Part shown: one piece after another, positions 19,909-28,791 of the stretch
Numbering within the stretch: position 1 is the stretch's first letter
Layout of the letters: the number at the start of each line of letters is the position of its first letter
From: Escherichia coli
GTDB lineage: Bacteria > Pseudomonadota > Gammaproteobacteria > Enterobacterales > Enterobacteriaceae
Assembly: GCF_037269235.1 (NCBI RefSeq)
Contig: NZ_CP147535.1
Strand: one strand, 5' to 3'
Length of the DNA: 40,000 bases
Notes under the pieces: model-generated
The model's input: the letters and a program-made list of their open reading frames with translations, nothing else
Databases searched by the model: none
What the model was told of the DNA's origin: nothing
Position numbers and translations under genes: made by a program

Positions 19909-20169
19909 ATGGACGACATTGTTTTTGCGGGGAATAGGGCGCTGTATCTGATTTTAGTTATGTCTGCAGGACCTATTGCAGTTGCGACATTTGTTGGTTT
20001 ATTGGTAGGGCTTTTTCAAACGGTAACACAGTTGCAAGAACAGACGTTGCCATTTGGCGTCAAATTATTGTGCGTAAGTATTTGCTTTTTTTTAATGAGC
20101 GGATGGTACGGTGAAAAATTATACTCTTTTGGTATTGAAATGCTGAATTTAGCATTCGCGAGAGGATAG
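19909..20169 (+). CDS. epaQ: T3SS export apparatus protein (SctS, SpaQ/FliQ family)
   Basis: 86 aa with two hydrophobic helices. SD gagg upstream. Position and size are identical to SpaQ. Confidence 0.9.
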   Translation: MDDIVFAGNRALYLILVMSAGPIAVATFVGLLVGLFQTVTQLQEQTLPFGVKLLCVSICFFLMSGWYGEKLYSFGIEMLNLAFARG

Positions 20170-20170
20170 C

Positions 20171-20938
20171 ATGGGGGAGGCGATACTCTATCAGTTGCAT
20201 AGTCTGCTGGCTGCTACAGCGCTCGGTTTTTGCCGATTGGCGCCAACTTTCTATTTGTTACCATTTTTCGCCAGTGGGAATATACCAACAGTAGTTCGTC
20301 ACCCAATAATAATAGTGGTATCATGTGCATTAGTTCAGCATTACCACTATGAATTATCGACCTTAAATGAAATAGATATCGCTTTGTTAGCTGCCAGAGA
20401 AATTATCATAGGGCTGTTTATTGCTTGCTTATTAGCATCCCCATTTTGGATTTTCCTTGCTATAGGCAGCTTTATCGATAACCAACGTGGTGCAACGTTA
20501 AGTAGTACTTTGGATCCGGCTACAGGTGTCGATACATCGGAATTAGCAAGATTATTTAACCTTTTCTCTGCAGCAGTTTATCTTACTAACGGTGGATTGA
20601 ACTTTATTCTGGAGACTCTATGGCAAAGTTATAACTTATGGCCTTCAGGAAATTTTAATTTTCCTAAATTAGAGCCTTTATTCTCATATATTAATAATAT
20701 AATGACTCATACTATCGTTTACGCAAGCCCCGTGATTGCGGTTATGCTGGGCGGTGAAGCTGTCCTGGGATTGCTGGCACGCTATGCTTCACAACTAAAT
20801 GCTTTTGCCATCTCACTGACTGTCAAAAGTGCACTGGCATTTTTAATATTAATTATTTATTTTGGCCCAATACTGGCTGAACGAGTTATGCCGTTATCCT
20901 TTTTCCCAGAACAATTGCAATTATACATTGATAAATAG
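20171..20938 (+). CDS. epaR: T3SS export apparatus protein (SctT, SpaR/FliR family)
   Basis: 255 aa, polytopic. It starts 1 nt after the epaQ stop and occupies the spaR position. Confidence 0.88.
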   Translation: MGEAILYQLHSLLAATALGFCRLAPTFYLLPFFASGNIPTVVRHPIIIVVSCALVQHYHYELSTLNEIDIALLAAREIIIGLFIACLLASPFWIFLAIGSFIDNQRGATLSSTLDPATGVDTSELARLFNLFSAAVYLTNGGLNFILETLWQSYNLWPSGNFNFPKLEPLFSYINNIMTHTIVYASPVIAVMLGGEAVLGLLARYASQLNAFAISLTVKSALAFLILIIYFGPILAERVMPLSFFPEQLQLYIDK

Positions 20939-20946
20939 AGTGTTTC

Positions 20947-22068
20947 ATGGCAAATAAAACTGAAAAGCCAACACAAAAGAAACTCCAGGATGCTTCTAAA
21001 AAAGGGCAAATTCTAAAAAGTAGAGACTTAACAGTCTCTGTAATAATGCTTGTGGGTACTTTATATCTCGGATATGTATTTGATGTGCATCACATTATGT
21101 CGATTCTTGAATACATCCTTGATCATAACGCTAAACCGGATATTTGGGACTATTTTAAAGCTATGGGGATAGGTTGGTTGAAAACGATCATTCCTTTTTT
21201 GCTGGTTTGCATGTTTACAACAATACTTGTCTCATGGTTTCAAAGTAAAATGCAATTAGCAACTGAAGCTATTAAGTTTAAGTTTGATTCATTAAATCCA
21301 GTAAATGGCTTAAAACGTATATTTGGCTTAAAAACCGTAAAAGAATTTGTTAAAGCAATACTTTATATTATTTTTTTTGCATTGGCGATCAAAGTATTTT
21401 GGACTAACCATAAATCACTGCTTTTTAAAACTCTTGATGGAGATATCATTTCTTTATTATCAGATTGGGGAGAGATGCTATTCCTTCTCATACTATATTG
21501 TCTCGGCAGTATGATAATTGTTCTAATATTTGATTTTATCGCTGAGTATTTTTTATTTATGAAAGATATGAAAATGGATAAACAAGAAGTTAAAAGAGAA
21601 TACAAGGAACAAGAAGGAAATCCAGAAATTAAGTCTAAACGCAGAGAGCGCCATCAAGAAATTCTGTCAGAGCAATTGAAATCTGATGTCAGTAATAGCC
21701 GTCTGATGATTGCCAACCCTACGCACATTGCCATAGGGATATACTTTAAGCCACATCTGTCACCTATCCCATTGATTTCTGTAAGAGAAACTAATGAGGT
21801 AGCATTAGCCGTAAGGAAATATGCAAAGGAAATCGGAATACCAATTATTACAGATAAAAAATTAGCACGAAAAATTTATGCTACCCATCGTCGCTACGAT
21901 TATGTTAGCTTCGAAAATATAGATGAGATCTTGCGTCTTCTGCTGTGGCTTGAAGATGTGGAGAATGCTGGACAACCTGTTCCAGATGAACTGCTCCCCT
22001 CAGAAGATAAATTCAAAGAAGGTGAAGACACAAAAAGCGAGAATAAAGACAATAATTTAAAAAATTAA
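20947..22068 (+). CDS. epaS: T3SS autoprotease / substrate-specificity switch (SctU, SpaS/FlhB family)
   Basis: 373 aa. N-terminal FlhB-type start MANKTEKPTQKKLQDASKKGQ, four TM segments, and the autocleavage motif NPTH (MIANPTHIAIGIYF). Confidence 0.95.
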   Translation: MANKTEKPTQKKLQDASKKGQILKSRDLTVSVIMLVGTLYLGYVFDVHHIMSILEYILDHNAKPDIWDYFKAMGIGWLKTIIPFLLVCMFTTILVSWFQSKMQLATEAIKFKFDSLNPVNGLKRIFGLKTVKEFVKAILYIIFFALAIKVFWTNHKSLLFKTLDGDIISLLSDWGEMLFLLILYCLGSMIIVLIFDFIAEYFLFMKDMKMDKQEVKREYKEQEGNPEIKSKRRERHQEILSEQLKSDVSNSRLMIANPTHIAIGIYFKPHLSPIPLISVRETNEVALAVRKYAKEIGIPIITDKKLARKIYATHRRYDYVSFENIDEILRLLLWLEDVENAGQPVPDELLPSEDKFKEGEDTKSENKDNNLKN

Positions 22069-22091
22069 ACATCTATCATAGTCAGAAATTT

Positions 22092-22128
22092 ATAAGAATC
22101 TACACGCAAAAAGCGTGTAGATTCTTAT
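22092..22128. terminator. bidirectional rho-independent terminator between convergent epaS and the etrA-lipoprotein operon
   Basis: Perfect 16-bp stem ataagaatctacacgc / gcgtgtagattcttat with loop aaaaa. T-rich runs flank it on both strands. Confidence 0.75.
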
Positions 22129-22422
22129 TTAATGAGTTAAACGATCTTGCGAAATGACAAGCAATTGATACATACTCATCTCTTTATAAGCTGGAACAGT
22201 AGTAACCTGTGCAAATTCGCGATATAGCTTCTGCTCTAGTTCTGCTGATGATATATATTCCGGGTGTTCGCTAAAGAACTGTCTTGCATCTACTATCGCT
22301 TGAGATTCGCCACTTCTTTTATTCTGAGTATCCTTTAATGAATTTTCTCTGGTGCATGCAGAGAGCAACGATATCAGCGCGACAGTTATTATGATTTTAC
22401 TATTATATCTTACTAATGACAT
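22129..22422 (-). CDS. small lipoprotein of unknown function (97 aa)
   Basis: Signal peptide with lipobox ISLLSAC (MSLVRYNSKIIITVALISLLSACTRE). Its ATG lies 1 nt after the etrA stop (tgatatg), which implies co-transcription and translational coupling. Confidence 0.7.
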   Translation of the reverse strand: MSLVRYNSKIIITVALISLLSACTRENSLKDTQNKRSGESQAIVDARQFFSEHPEYISSAELEQKLYREFAQVTTVPAYKEMSMYQLLVISQDRLTH

Positions 22423-22423
22423 A

Positions 22424-22924
22424 TCAACTTTCTCTTATGCAAGATTGGAGTTTAAAATAATGTTTATCCCATTCACAGAGTGCTATAAACAACTCAACAG
22501 TACCTTTTATGTTAAGTTTATTTAGGGCTCTTATTTTGTGATATGATACTGTTTTATAATCAATTCCTTTGATAATGGCTATTTGTTTTAACGAATAAGA
22601 AACACATAACCGCAGGATATCTATCTCATCATGGGTAAGTGGTTCTTGAGTGGAATACACATTTTGTGTATGAAGATTCGAAACCAGGAAATGCGTTAAA
22701 TCAGATAATGTAATATTCTTATTGATCCTGATGAAATTGTTGCTCAAAAGGGTGTTTACAGGTTCTGTATTTGGTTTGAGATTTCGATGTTGGTGCTCAT
22801 CAATAACAACGAACGAATGTCCAAGATCAACCAACGCAACCAAATCGCTGTAATATTCCTTTTGGGATGCTAATAATGCATTAGTGCCTACAGTGAAGTA
22901 GACATCACTGGAAAAGACTTGCAT
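22424..22924 (-). CDS. etrA: LuxR-type HTH transcriptional regulator of ETT2
   Basis: 166 aa. C-terminal LuxR/GerE HTH (LTHDEIDILRLCVSYSLKQIAIIKGIDYKTVSYHKIRALNKLNI). Divergent from eprH across a 250-bp AT-rich region. The gene name is from my memory of ETT2 maps. Confidence 0.8.
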   Translation of the reverse strand: MQVFSSDVYFTVGTNALLASQKEYYSDLVALVDLGHSFVVIDEHQHRNLKPNTEPVNTLLSNNFIRINKNITLSDLTHFLVSNLHTQNVYSTQEPLTHDEIDILRLCVSYSLKQIAIIKGIDYKTVSYHKIRALNKLNIKGTVELFIALCEWDKHYFKLQSCIRES

Positions 22925-23182
22925 ATGCCAACCTGCACTCTAAAATCATTTAGGGTAAATATTACGTGTAAAATTTAAAATAATGGTAATTGTTATATTT
23001 GCATATCAATGAGGGAATAGGGTGTATACCTTAAATTGCAAATAAAGTTATGTATGTAGCCATTTAAAATGGCTCTCGAAAATTATAATCTTTTTATTGT
23101 GTGTCATCATAATTTGGTCATGAAATTTCCGTCTTGTTACACTACTCTAAACTAGAGCTTATGGAATTAGCGGGTGGTATTC

Positions 23183-24361
23183 ATGGAAAATAATGATAAA
23201 TTCTTATCACAAGACTTATTGGAATCTTATGCCATTCGTTTATTGAGCGGACCATTGAATGGATGCGAGTATGAAATACTTAATGGGCGTGTACTCGTTA
23301 TCGTTGGTAATGATGTTTCGTTAGGAAGAAGTGATTCTTTTTCTGAGTTACCAGAGAATACGATAGTCATTCCTTATGGAGAGCTTACAGGCAGTTTTGA
23401 GGTAATAATCACTACCGACCCTGATCTGGTTGTAACAATCAGAGAATTAACAGCACAAGAACCTGAATATAGAACGTTAACATTGAATCAGCAAATAGAA
23501 GTTTTAGGCCTCAAATTTGCTGTAAAAGGAAAAAATGAAGTTTGGCAGTATTCAATACCAGGTATTGTTGAAAATAACATTACTTCAACAAGGCAACATT
23601 TCTTTAGTAGTACGCTGTTTAAATATGTAACGCTATTTTTTCTTTTTGCTATCATTTTTATAGCTTTTTATATTGTTAATGCCAGTAATGATCCGCAGCT
23701 GAGACATATCGATAAAATTCTTGTAAACAAAAATAGAAATTATGAAATTTTATATGGTAGGGATCATGTCATCTATATCAATACCAATAGTTTGGATGAA
23801 GCTGTCTGGGTCAAACAAGCATTGGAAAAAAATCAACCAGGAAAACCAGTACGGGTGATAAATCCTGATGATGAATCGATACGAATTTTTTCATGGCTTG
23901 CTGATAATTTCCCAGATCTACAATATTTTAAACTACAGCTATTAGATGCCAGTAATCCAAGACTGACAGTGAGTAAGCAACGGAATGCTATCACACAGCA
24001 ACTAATCGATAATCTTATTAAAGGATTACTGCAAACTATGCCATATGCCAGCAATATAAGTATTGCGGTATTAGATGATAATGTATTGGAAAGTCAGGCA
24101 ATTGAAACATTGTCGGCAATAGGTCTTTCTTATGAAAAATATAAAACAGCTAACAATGTATATTTCAATATCATTGGTACGTTAAGCGACAGTGAATTAA
24201 ATAAAATTAATAATTATGTCGACGAATATTATAAACAATGGGGTAAACAATATGTAAGATTTAATGTGAATTTGAAAAATCAGGACACAAATAATAGTTC
24301 ATTTAGCTACGGAGATAATCGATTCGAGAAGTCTCAAGGTAGCAAGTGGACATTTCAGTAA
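23183..24361 (+). CDS. eprH: T3SS inner-membrane ring protein (SctD, PrgH homologue)
   Basis: The ORF track opens at GTG 23174. ATG 23183 gives 392 aa. The N-terminus YAIRLLSGPLNGCEYEILNGRVLVIVG parallels PrgH YIVRLLNSSLNGCEFPLLTGRTLFVVG. There is a single central TM segment. Confidence 0.9.
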   Translation: MENNDKFLSQDLLESYAIRLLSGPLNGCEYEILNGRVLVIVGNDVSLGRSDSFSELPENTIVIPYGELTGSFEVIITTDPDLVVTIRELTAQEPEYRTLTLNQQIEVLGLKFAVKGKNEVWQYSIPGIVENNITSTRQHFFSSTLFKYVTLFFLFAIIFIAFYIVNASNDPQLRHIDKILVNKNRNYEILYGRDHVIYINTNSLDEAVWVKQALEKNQPGKPVRVINPDDESIRIFSWLADNFPDLQYFKLQLLDASNPRLTVSKQRNAITQQLIDNLIKGLLQTMPYASNISIAVLDDNVLESQAIETLSAIGLSYEKYKTANNVYFNIIGTLSDSELNKINNYVDEYYKQWGKQYVRFNVNLKNQDTNNSSFSYGDNRFEKSQGSKWTFQ

Positions 24362-24377
24362 TAATTGAGGAGGACTT

Positions 24378-24617
24378 ATGGCAGATTGGAATGGTTATAT
24401 TATGGATATCAGCAAACAATTTGATCAGGGGGTTGATGATCTGAACCAGCAAGTTGAAAAAGCGTTGGAGGATTTAGCAACCAATCCTTCCGACCCGAAA
24501 TTCCTTGCCGAATATCAGAGTGCATTAGCTGAGTATACATTATATCGAAATGCGCAATCTAACGTTGTAAAAGCGTATAAAGATCTTGATTCGGCAATCA
24601 TACAAAACTTCCGCTAA
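24378..24617 (+). CDS. eprI: T3SS needle filament protein (SctF, PrgI/MxiH family)
   Basis: 79 aa. Strong SD gaggagg. The C-terminus YRNAQSNVVKAYKDLDSAIIQNFR is nearly the same as PrgI. Confidence 0.95.
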   Translation: MADWNGYIMDISKQFDQGVDDLNQQVEKALEDLATNPSDPKFLAEYQSALAEYTLYRNAQSNVVKAYKDLDSAIIQNFR

Positions 24618-24636
24618 ACTGGATAAGGATTTTATT

Positions 24637-24969
24637 ATGTCAGTAAGCAATATGCCACCTATTGATAGAGCTGAGCAATCAGCTGCTCATGAAATACAGC
24701 AAGCGAAAGTTATTGATTTAAATGACCGGGTTCTCAATCTTGATAACCCGGATGATAAAATGATCTCCGCTTTTGCTAACTATGCGGTACAAACTGAAAA
24801 TTGGCAGCAAAATGCGTTACAAGCATTAAGGTCTGATAAAAAGGGGTTAACTCCTGAAAAATTATTAGTCTTGCAGGATCATGTGCTTAATTATAATGTC
24901 GAGGTTTCATTGGTGGGAACATTAGCAAGAAAAATTGTCGCTGCAGTTGAGACGTTGACTCGCTCATGA
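24637..24969 (+). CDS. eprJ: T3SS inner rod protein (SctI, PrgJ homologue)
   Basis: The ORF track opens at 24586 inside eprI. ATG 24637 (MSVSNMPPI) follows aagga, giving 110 aa. It occupies the position between the needle and lipoprotein ring genes. Confidence 0.8.
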   Translation: MSVSNMPPIDRAEQSAAHEIQQAKVIDLNDRVLNLDNPDDKMISAFANYAVQTENWQQNALQALRSDKKGLTPEKLLVLQDHVLNYNVEVSLVGTLARKIVAAVETLTRS

Positions 24970-25700
24970 AATATATATCATTATTCTTGTTTATCCTGCT
25001 GTTGTGCGGTTGCAAGCAGCAGGAATTACTGAACCATCTTGATCAACAGCAAGCTAATGATGTCCTTGCTGTTTTACAAAGACATAATATTAATGCTGAG
25101 AAGAAGGATCAAGGCAAAATTGGATTTTCAATCTATGTAGAACCAACGGATTTTGCTTCTGCGGTGGATTGGCTAAAAATCTACAATCTCCCGGGTAAGC
25201 CTGATATTCAAATATCGCAGATGTTTCCTGCAGATGCACTCGTTTCCTCTCCACGAGCGGAAAAAGCAAGATTGTATTCTGCTATTGAACAGCGTTTAGA
25301 GCAATCTCTCAAAATTATGGATGGCATTGTTTCTTCAAGAGTACATGTTAGTTACGATGTTGATACTGGTGATAGTGGCAAAACTGCTTTACCAATTCAT
25401 ATTTCTGTACTTGCTGTATATGAAAAAGATATCAATCCAGAAATAAAAATAAATGACATTAAGAGATTTATTGTTAATAGCTTTGCAAGCGTACAATATG
25501 AGAATATTTCAGTCGTATTGTCAAAACGAAGAGATATTATTGAACAAGCACCAACATATGAAATTAACGAACCTATTTTTGCTTATGATAAGACTATGCC
25601 GGTTTCTATCTTACTTGCATTAATGTCCATTGCGACTTGCTGGCTGTTATGGAAGTACAGGGCTATTCTAACTAATTTAATCAGGTTAAAAAATAAGTAG
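24966..25700 (+). CDS. eprK: T3SS inner-membrane ring lipoprotein (SctJ, PrgK/YscJ family)
   Basis: 244 aa. Lipobox LLLCGC. YscJ/FliF-type motifs (LLNHLDQQQANDVLAVLQRHNI, GIVSSRVHV). C-terminal TM. ATGA overlap with eprJ. Confidence 0.93.
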   Translation: MKYISLFLFILLLCGCKQQELLNHLDQQQANDVLAVLQRHNINAEKKDQGKIGFSIYVEPTDFASAVDWLKIYNLPGKPDIQISQMFPADALVSSPRAEKARLYSAIEQRLEQSLKIMDGIVSSRVHVSYDVDTGDSGKTALPIHISVLAVYEKDINPEIKINDIKRFIVNSFASVQYENISVVLSKRRDIIEQAPTYEINEPIFAYDKTMPVSILLALMSIATCWLLWKYRAILTNLIRLKNK

Positions 25701-25715
25701 ACATATGAGAACGTT

Positions 25716-26297
25716 ATGAATCTTGCCCTAAGAAAGATTATATATGATCCAATTAGTTATATTCATCCTCAACGAGTAAGTTGGAATAATGCACGTATTA
25801 GCAATCCGGTACTTAGATCTATTACCAATGAAATGATACTCCTACAGTACAATCTTTCAGTTGAGCATTTTAGTCTGAATAGTTCACTTATTTACTACAT
25901 AAACAATTGGAAATTATTTCCATTGATCTGTTTACTCAGTGGTTGTCACTTTTATCGAGAAAGGTTTGCAGAACGCGGATTTTTTTACAAGGTTCCTGAT
26001 GTGCTAAGGAATTATTTATCAGCGATACCGGTGGAAATAAATGAAAAGGCACGATATAAACTTGGCATCGTTAACTATCAGAATATCATCACATGTGGTT
26101 TTTCAACGTTGTTGCCCTATGTAAGGCAACAACCGTTGGCAATGCAGCAACGATTTAATTTATTATTTCCTGATTTTGTTGACCACATACAATTGCCGTT
26201 ACCAGTTGCGTCTACTCTTTTGGAGAGAATTACATTTTATGCGAAAAAAAATAGAGATGAGCTTGATAAACTCTCCTGCAAATGGTGTTGTGATTAA
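25716..26297 (+). CDS. ygeO: T3SS sorting-platform protein (SctK, OrgA homologue), intact counterpart of the K-12 ygeO fragment
   Basis: 193 aa. IIYDPISYIHPQR matches the OrgA N-terminal signature IIFDPLSYIHPQR as I remember it. It follows the prgK-like gene, as in SPI-1. Confidence 0.8.
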   Translation: MNLALRKIIYDPISYIHPQRVSWNNARISNPVLRSITNEMILLQYNLSVEHFSLNSSLIYYINNWKLFPLICLLSGCHFYRERFAERGFFYKVPDVLRNYLSAIPVEINEKARYKLGIVNYQNIITCGFSTLLPYVRQQPLAMQQRFNLLFPDFVDHIQLPLPVASTLLERITFYAKKNRDELDKLSCKWCCD

Positions 26298-26946
26298 AAG
26301 AATAATTTCTGATGGATTGAAAGAAATAGTTTCTCTAAAAGAACAGATCCTTCTTGAAACCACCGCAAAAATTCAGAGTATTGAGGAAAAGAGAGAAGAA
26401 AAAATTATTCAAGGTTATTATGATGGCTATGCGAAAGGCATTATTGATGTGATGGATAATTTTATACCCTTGATAAGTTTGCTGAGCTCAGAATTAGAAA
26501 AAAACAGAGTAAACATGATAAACGATCTGAAGAGCATATTGTTAAAATCTTCAGAGGAAGTTGAAGTTTTTATCAAAATTTTTGAAAGTTGGGTAACAAA
26601 ATTACCGTCAATATCAGGCCCTTTAAATCTCTATATACCTACCAGTTTCAAAGATAAGTCTATTGAAGTAGAGTCATATTTTGTCGACAAGTCAATATGG
26701 AATGTCCATATTTCATATCATGATGACAAACGTTTTATTTTTTTTACAGATCAATTTATTGCTGAATTTAGTCCGCAGGAATTTGTGGATAATTGTGAGC
26801 AATATTTAATTAGCAATCACTGTTTTTCCCCTGACAAGGTTAATGAAATCTGTGAACATGCCAGACATTATTTAGTTGAAAGAATGTGTGAAATAGATTC
26901 TTTGGCTATGAATAATTCTGATTTGACGAACCCAGAGGACTTATAG
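26239..26946 (+). CDS. ygeN: T3SS ATPase stator/regulator (SctL, OrgB homologue), intact counterpart of the K-12 ygeN fragment
   Basis: The ORF track opens at 26176. Plausible starts are ATG 26239 (MRKKIEM) or 26257 (MSLINSP). There is a coiled-coil N-terminal half (LKEQILLETTAKIQSIEEKREEKIIQGYYDGYAKG, FliH/SctL-like). It overlaps the orgA-like gene out of frame. Confidence 0.7.
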   Translation: MRKKIEMSLINSPANGVVIKRIISDGLKEIVSLKEQILLETTAKIQSIEEKREEKIIQGYYDGYAKGIIDVMDNFIPLISLLSSELEKNRVNMINDLKSILLKSSEEVEVFIKIFESWVTKLPSISGPLNLYIPTSFKDKSIEVESYFVDKSIWNVHISYHDDKRFIFFTDQFIAEFSPQEFVDNCEQYLISNHCFSPDKVNEICEHARHYLVERMCEIDSLAMNNSDLTNPEDL

Positions 26947-27168
26947 ATTACTGTCTCCGGTTTAATAACTTGAATATAATCTAATTCTAATATTTTAAAC
27001 GCCTAATGATTTTTCAACACTGGTGTTATTCTGCTTACGCGAAAATTTTATTTTTAATTATATTTCATTATTATTTCATCAATGTATTCTTTGGATTTTG
27101 CTTATAATAATAATGGAAGGGATGATTATAAATGAATGCGTTATTGCATTTACACTCAGGATGAATAT

Positions 27169-27801
27169 ATGGGAAAGATTAAAATTGTAGTTTCAGATCA
27201 GCAGCCGTTTATGATTGATGGGATAATTGGATTTCTCGGACATTATCCCGATTTATATGAGGTTGTTGGGGGCTATAAAGATCTGAAGAAAGCTATAGCG
27301 GAGTGTAACAAATCTGCAGCCCAAATATTTATTTTAGGAGAATTTGCAGGTGGAATGATGGGGTCCGAACTCATAAAATGGGTTAAATCGCATAAAATAG
27401 ATGCTCATATTATTACATTTGTAGCAAAAATGCCGTATATTGATTCAATAAAATTGCTTGAAGCCGGTGCGAAAGGATGCGTATGGAAAACCAGTCACCC
27501 GGCGAAACTAAATCGCGCTATTGATTCGATTAGTAATGGTTATACTTATTTTGATAGTGTACATATGGATTGTGAAAAAATATCTTCAAGATATTCCTCT
27601 GATAATCAACTTACAAATCGTGAGTCTGAAATACTACAACTCATAGCTGATGGAAAAACAAACAAAGAAATCGCTAATTTCTTGCAGTTAAGCAGGAAAA
27701 CAGTCGAAACTCATAGACTCAATATCATGAAGAAATTAGATGTTCACAGTGGTATCGAGTTGATCAAAACAGCTTTACGTATGGGTGTTTGCACTATATA
27801 A
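27169..27801 (+). CDS. ygeK: NarL/FixJ-type response regulator with degenerate receiver domain
   Basis: The ORF track opens at 27136. ATG 27169 (MGKIKIVV) follows agga. C-terminal LuxR HTH is [43 protein letters not shown]. The N-terminal receiver-like fold has Gly where the phospho-accepting Asp is expected. Confidence 0.85.
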   Translation: MGKIKIVVSDQQPFMIDGIIGFLGHYPDLYEVVGGYKDLKKAIAECNKSAAQIFILGEFAGGMMGSELIKWVKSHKIDAHIITFVAKMPYIDSIKLLEAGAKGCVWKTSHPAKLNRAIDSISNGYTYFDSVHMDCEKISSRYSSDNQLTNRESEILQLIADGKTNKEIANFLQLSRKTVETHRLNIMKKLDVHSGIELIKTALRMGVCTI

Positions 27802-27818
27802 AAAAAGAGGCTTTAGGC

Positions 27819-28322
27819 TCATTTTGCTAAAGCCTTACGCTTGTCTATTTCATTAAGTCTGGTATATACAACATATATTTTTTTTGCATATTGCAGCCTC
27901 TTTTTTTGGTTTTCCATTGCAAAACCCGCGTTATATGTCCCCAGACATTGCCACGTTACCCCACAACGTGAAAAATGATTATATAAAATCTCGGTCCCTA
28001 TTTTAATGTTCAGACAGGGGTTATCTAACAAATCTCGTTCATCTTTTATTATTCCACGTTTTTTTAACATGGGAATGTGCATCTGGTTTATCTGCATTAA
28101 ACCATAATCAAAACTCTTTATATTGTTTTTCTTATCCCTGTTCTTGCCGATGCTATCATTTTTTAAATTACTTTCAACAAGAGCGATAGCTTTGATCAAA
28201 TTTGGTTCGATTCTGAAAATTGATCCTGCTTCATTAAAGCAAGCGCTACTGGCGAAAGACATTTTTGTAATTAATATAGAAAACATGAAGATGGATAAGA
28301 TTTTAACTTTGGGTAAGCGCAT
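27819..28322 (-). CDS. pbl: T3SS-associated lytic transglycosylase (IagB/IpgF family), intact
   Basis: 167 aa. Signal peptide, then an SLT catalytic region IKAIALVESNLKNDSIGKN...YGLMQIN. Confidence 0.88.
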   Translation of the reverse strand: MRLPKVKILSIFMFSILITKMSFASSACFNEAGSIFRIEPNLIKAIALVESNLKNDSIGKNRDKKNNIKSFDYGLMQINQMHIPMLKKRGIIKDERDLLDNPCLNIKIGTEILYNHFSRCGVTWQCLGTYNAGFAMENQKKRLQYAKKIYVVYTRLNEIDKRKALAK

Positions 28323-28405
28323 ATATTTTTATGTGTAGGATTGAAGGAAAGGAACGAGATACTAATATATTCAGTATCTCGTTAATCATTTAAGTGGTCA
28401 ATTAT

Positions 28406-28624
28406 CTACCATTCCAGTTCATAGTAAGGAGAGATAGGATTATCTTTCGAATACATATCATTTTGAAATGATGCCATCCATGTTGAAACTATAAATGCTT
28501 GTATTTGATCTGTATCAGTAGCACTGGTGGTGATGTGTTTATCTAATGAAACGACTTCATCACCCGTTGCGGTTGCTATATTTAAACTTTGAGAAAAATT
28601 ATTCATATTGATTGGATTAGTCAT
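28406..28624 (-). CDS. ygeI: small protein of unknown function YgeI (72 aa)
   Basis: The ORF track opens at 28666. ATG 28624 (MTNPINMNNF) follows aaggga by 5 nt. No recognisable domain, signal peptide or TM segment. Confidence 0.65.
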   Translation of the reverse strand: MTNPINMNNFSQSLNIATATGDEVVSLDKHITTSATDTDQIQAFIVSTWMASFQNDMYSKDNPISPYYELEW

Positions 28625-28791
28625 AAAGTTCCCTTTTTTATTTGTCCAGGCCAATAGCCTATACACAATACTTTTTAATCTAGAGTATTTGATATATATT
28701 GCAATAAGGTAATTATCTTAGATGTTTTCATCTCTGTTGTTTACATAACCAGTTGCATACATCTAAACAATAAAATTGCGACAATAAAGAT

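Noticed and set aside
27113-27190. 25-codon ORF ([25 protein letters not shown]) overlapping the ygeK start, considered as a leader peptide
   Set aside because: There is no SD upstream and the sequence is AT-rich, where short ORFs arise by chance. No attenuator-like structure is evident.
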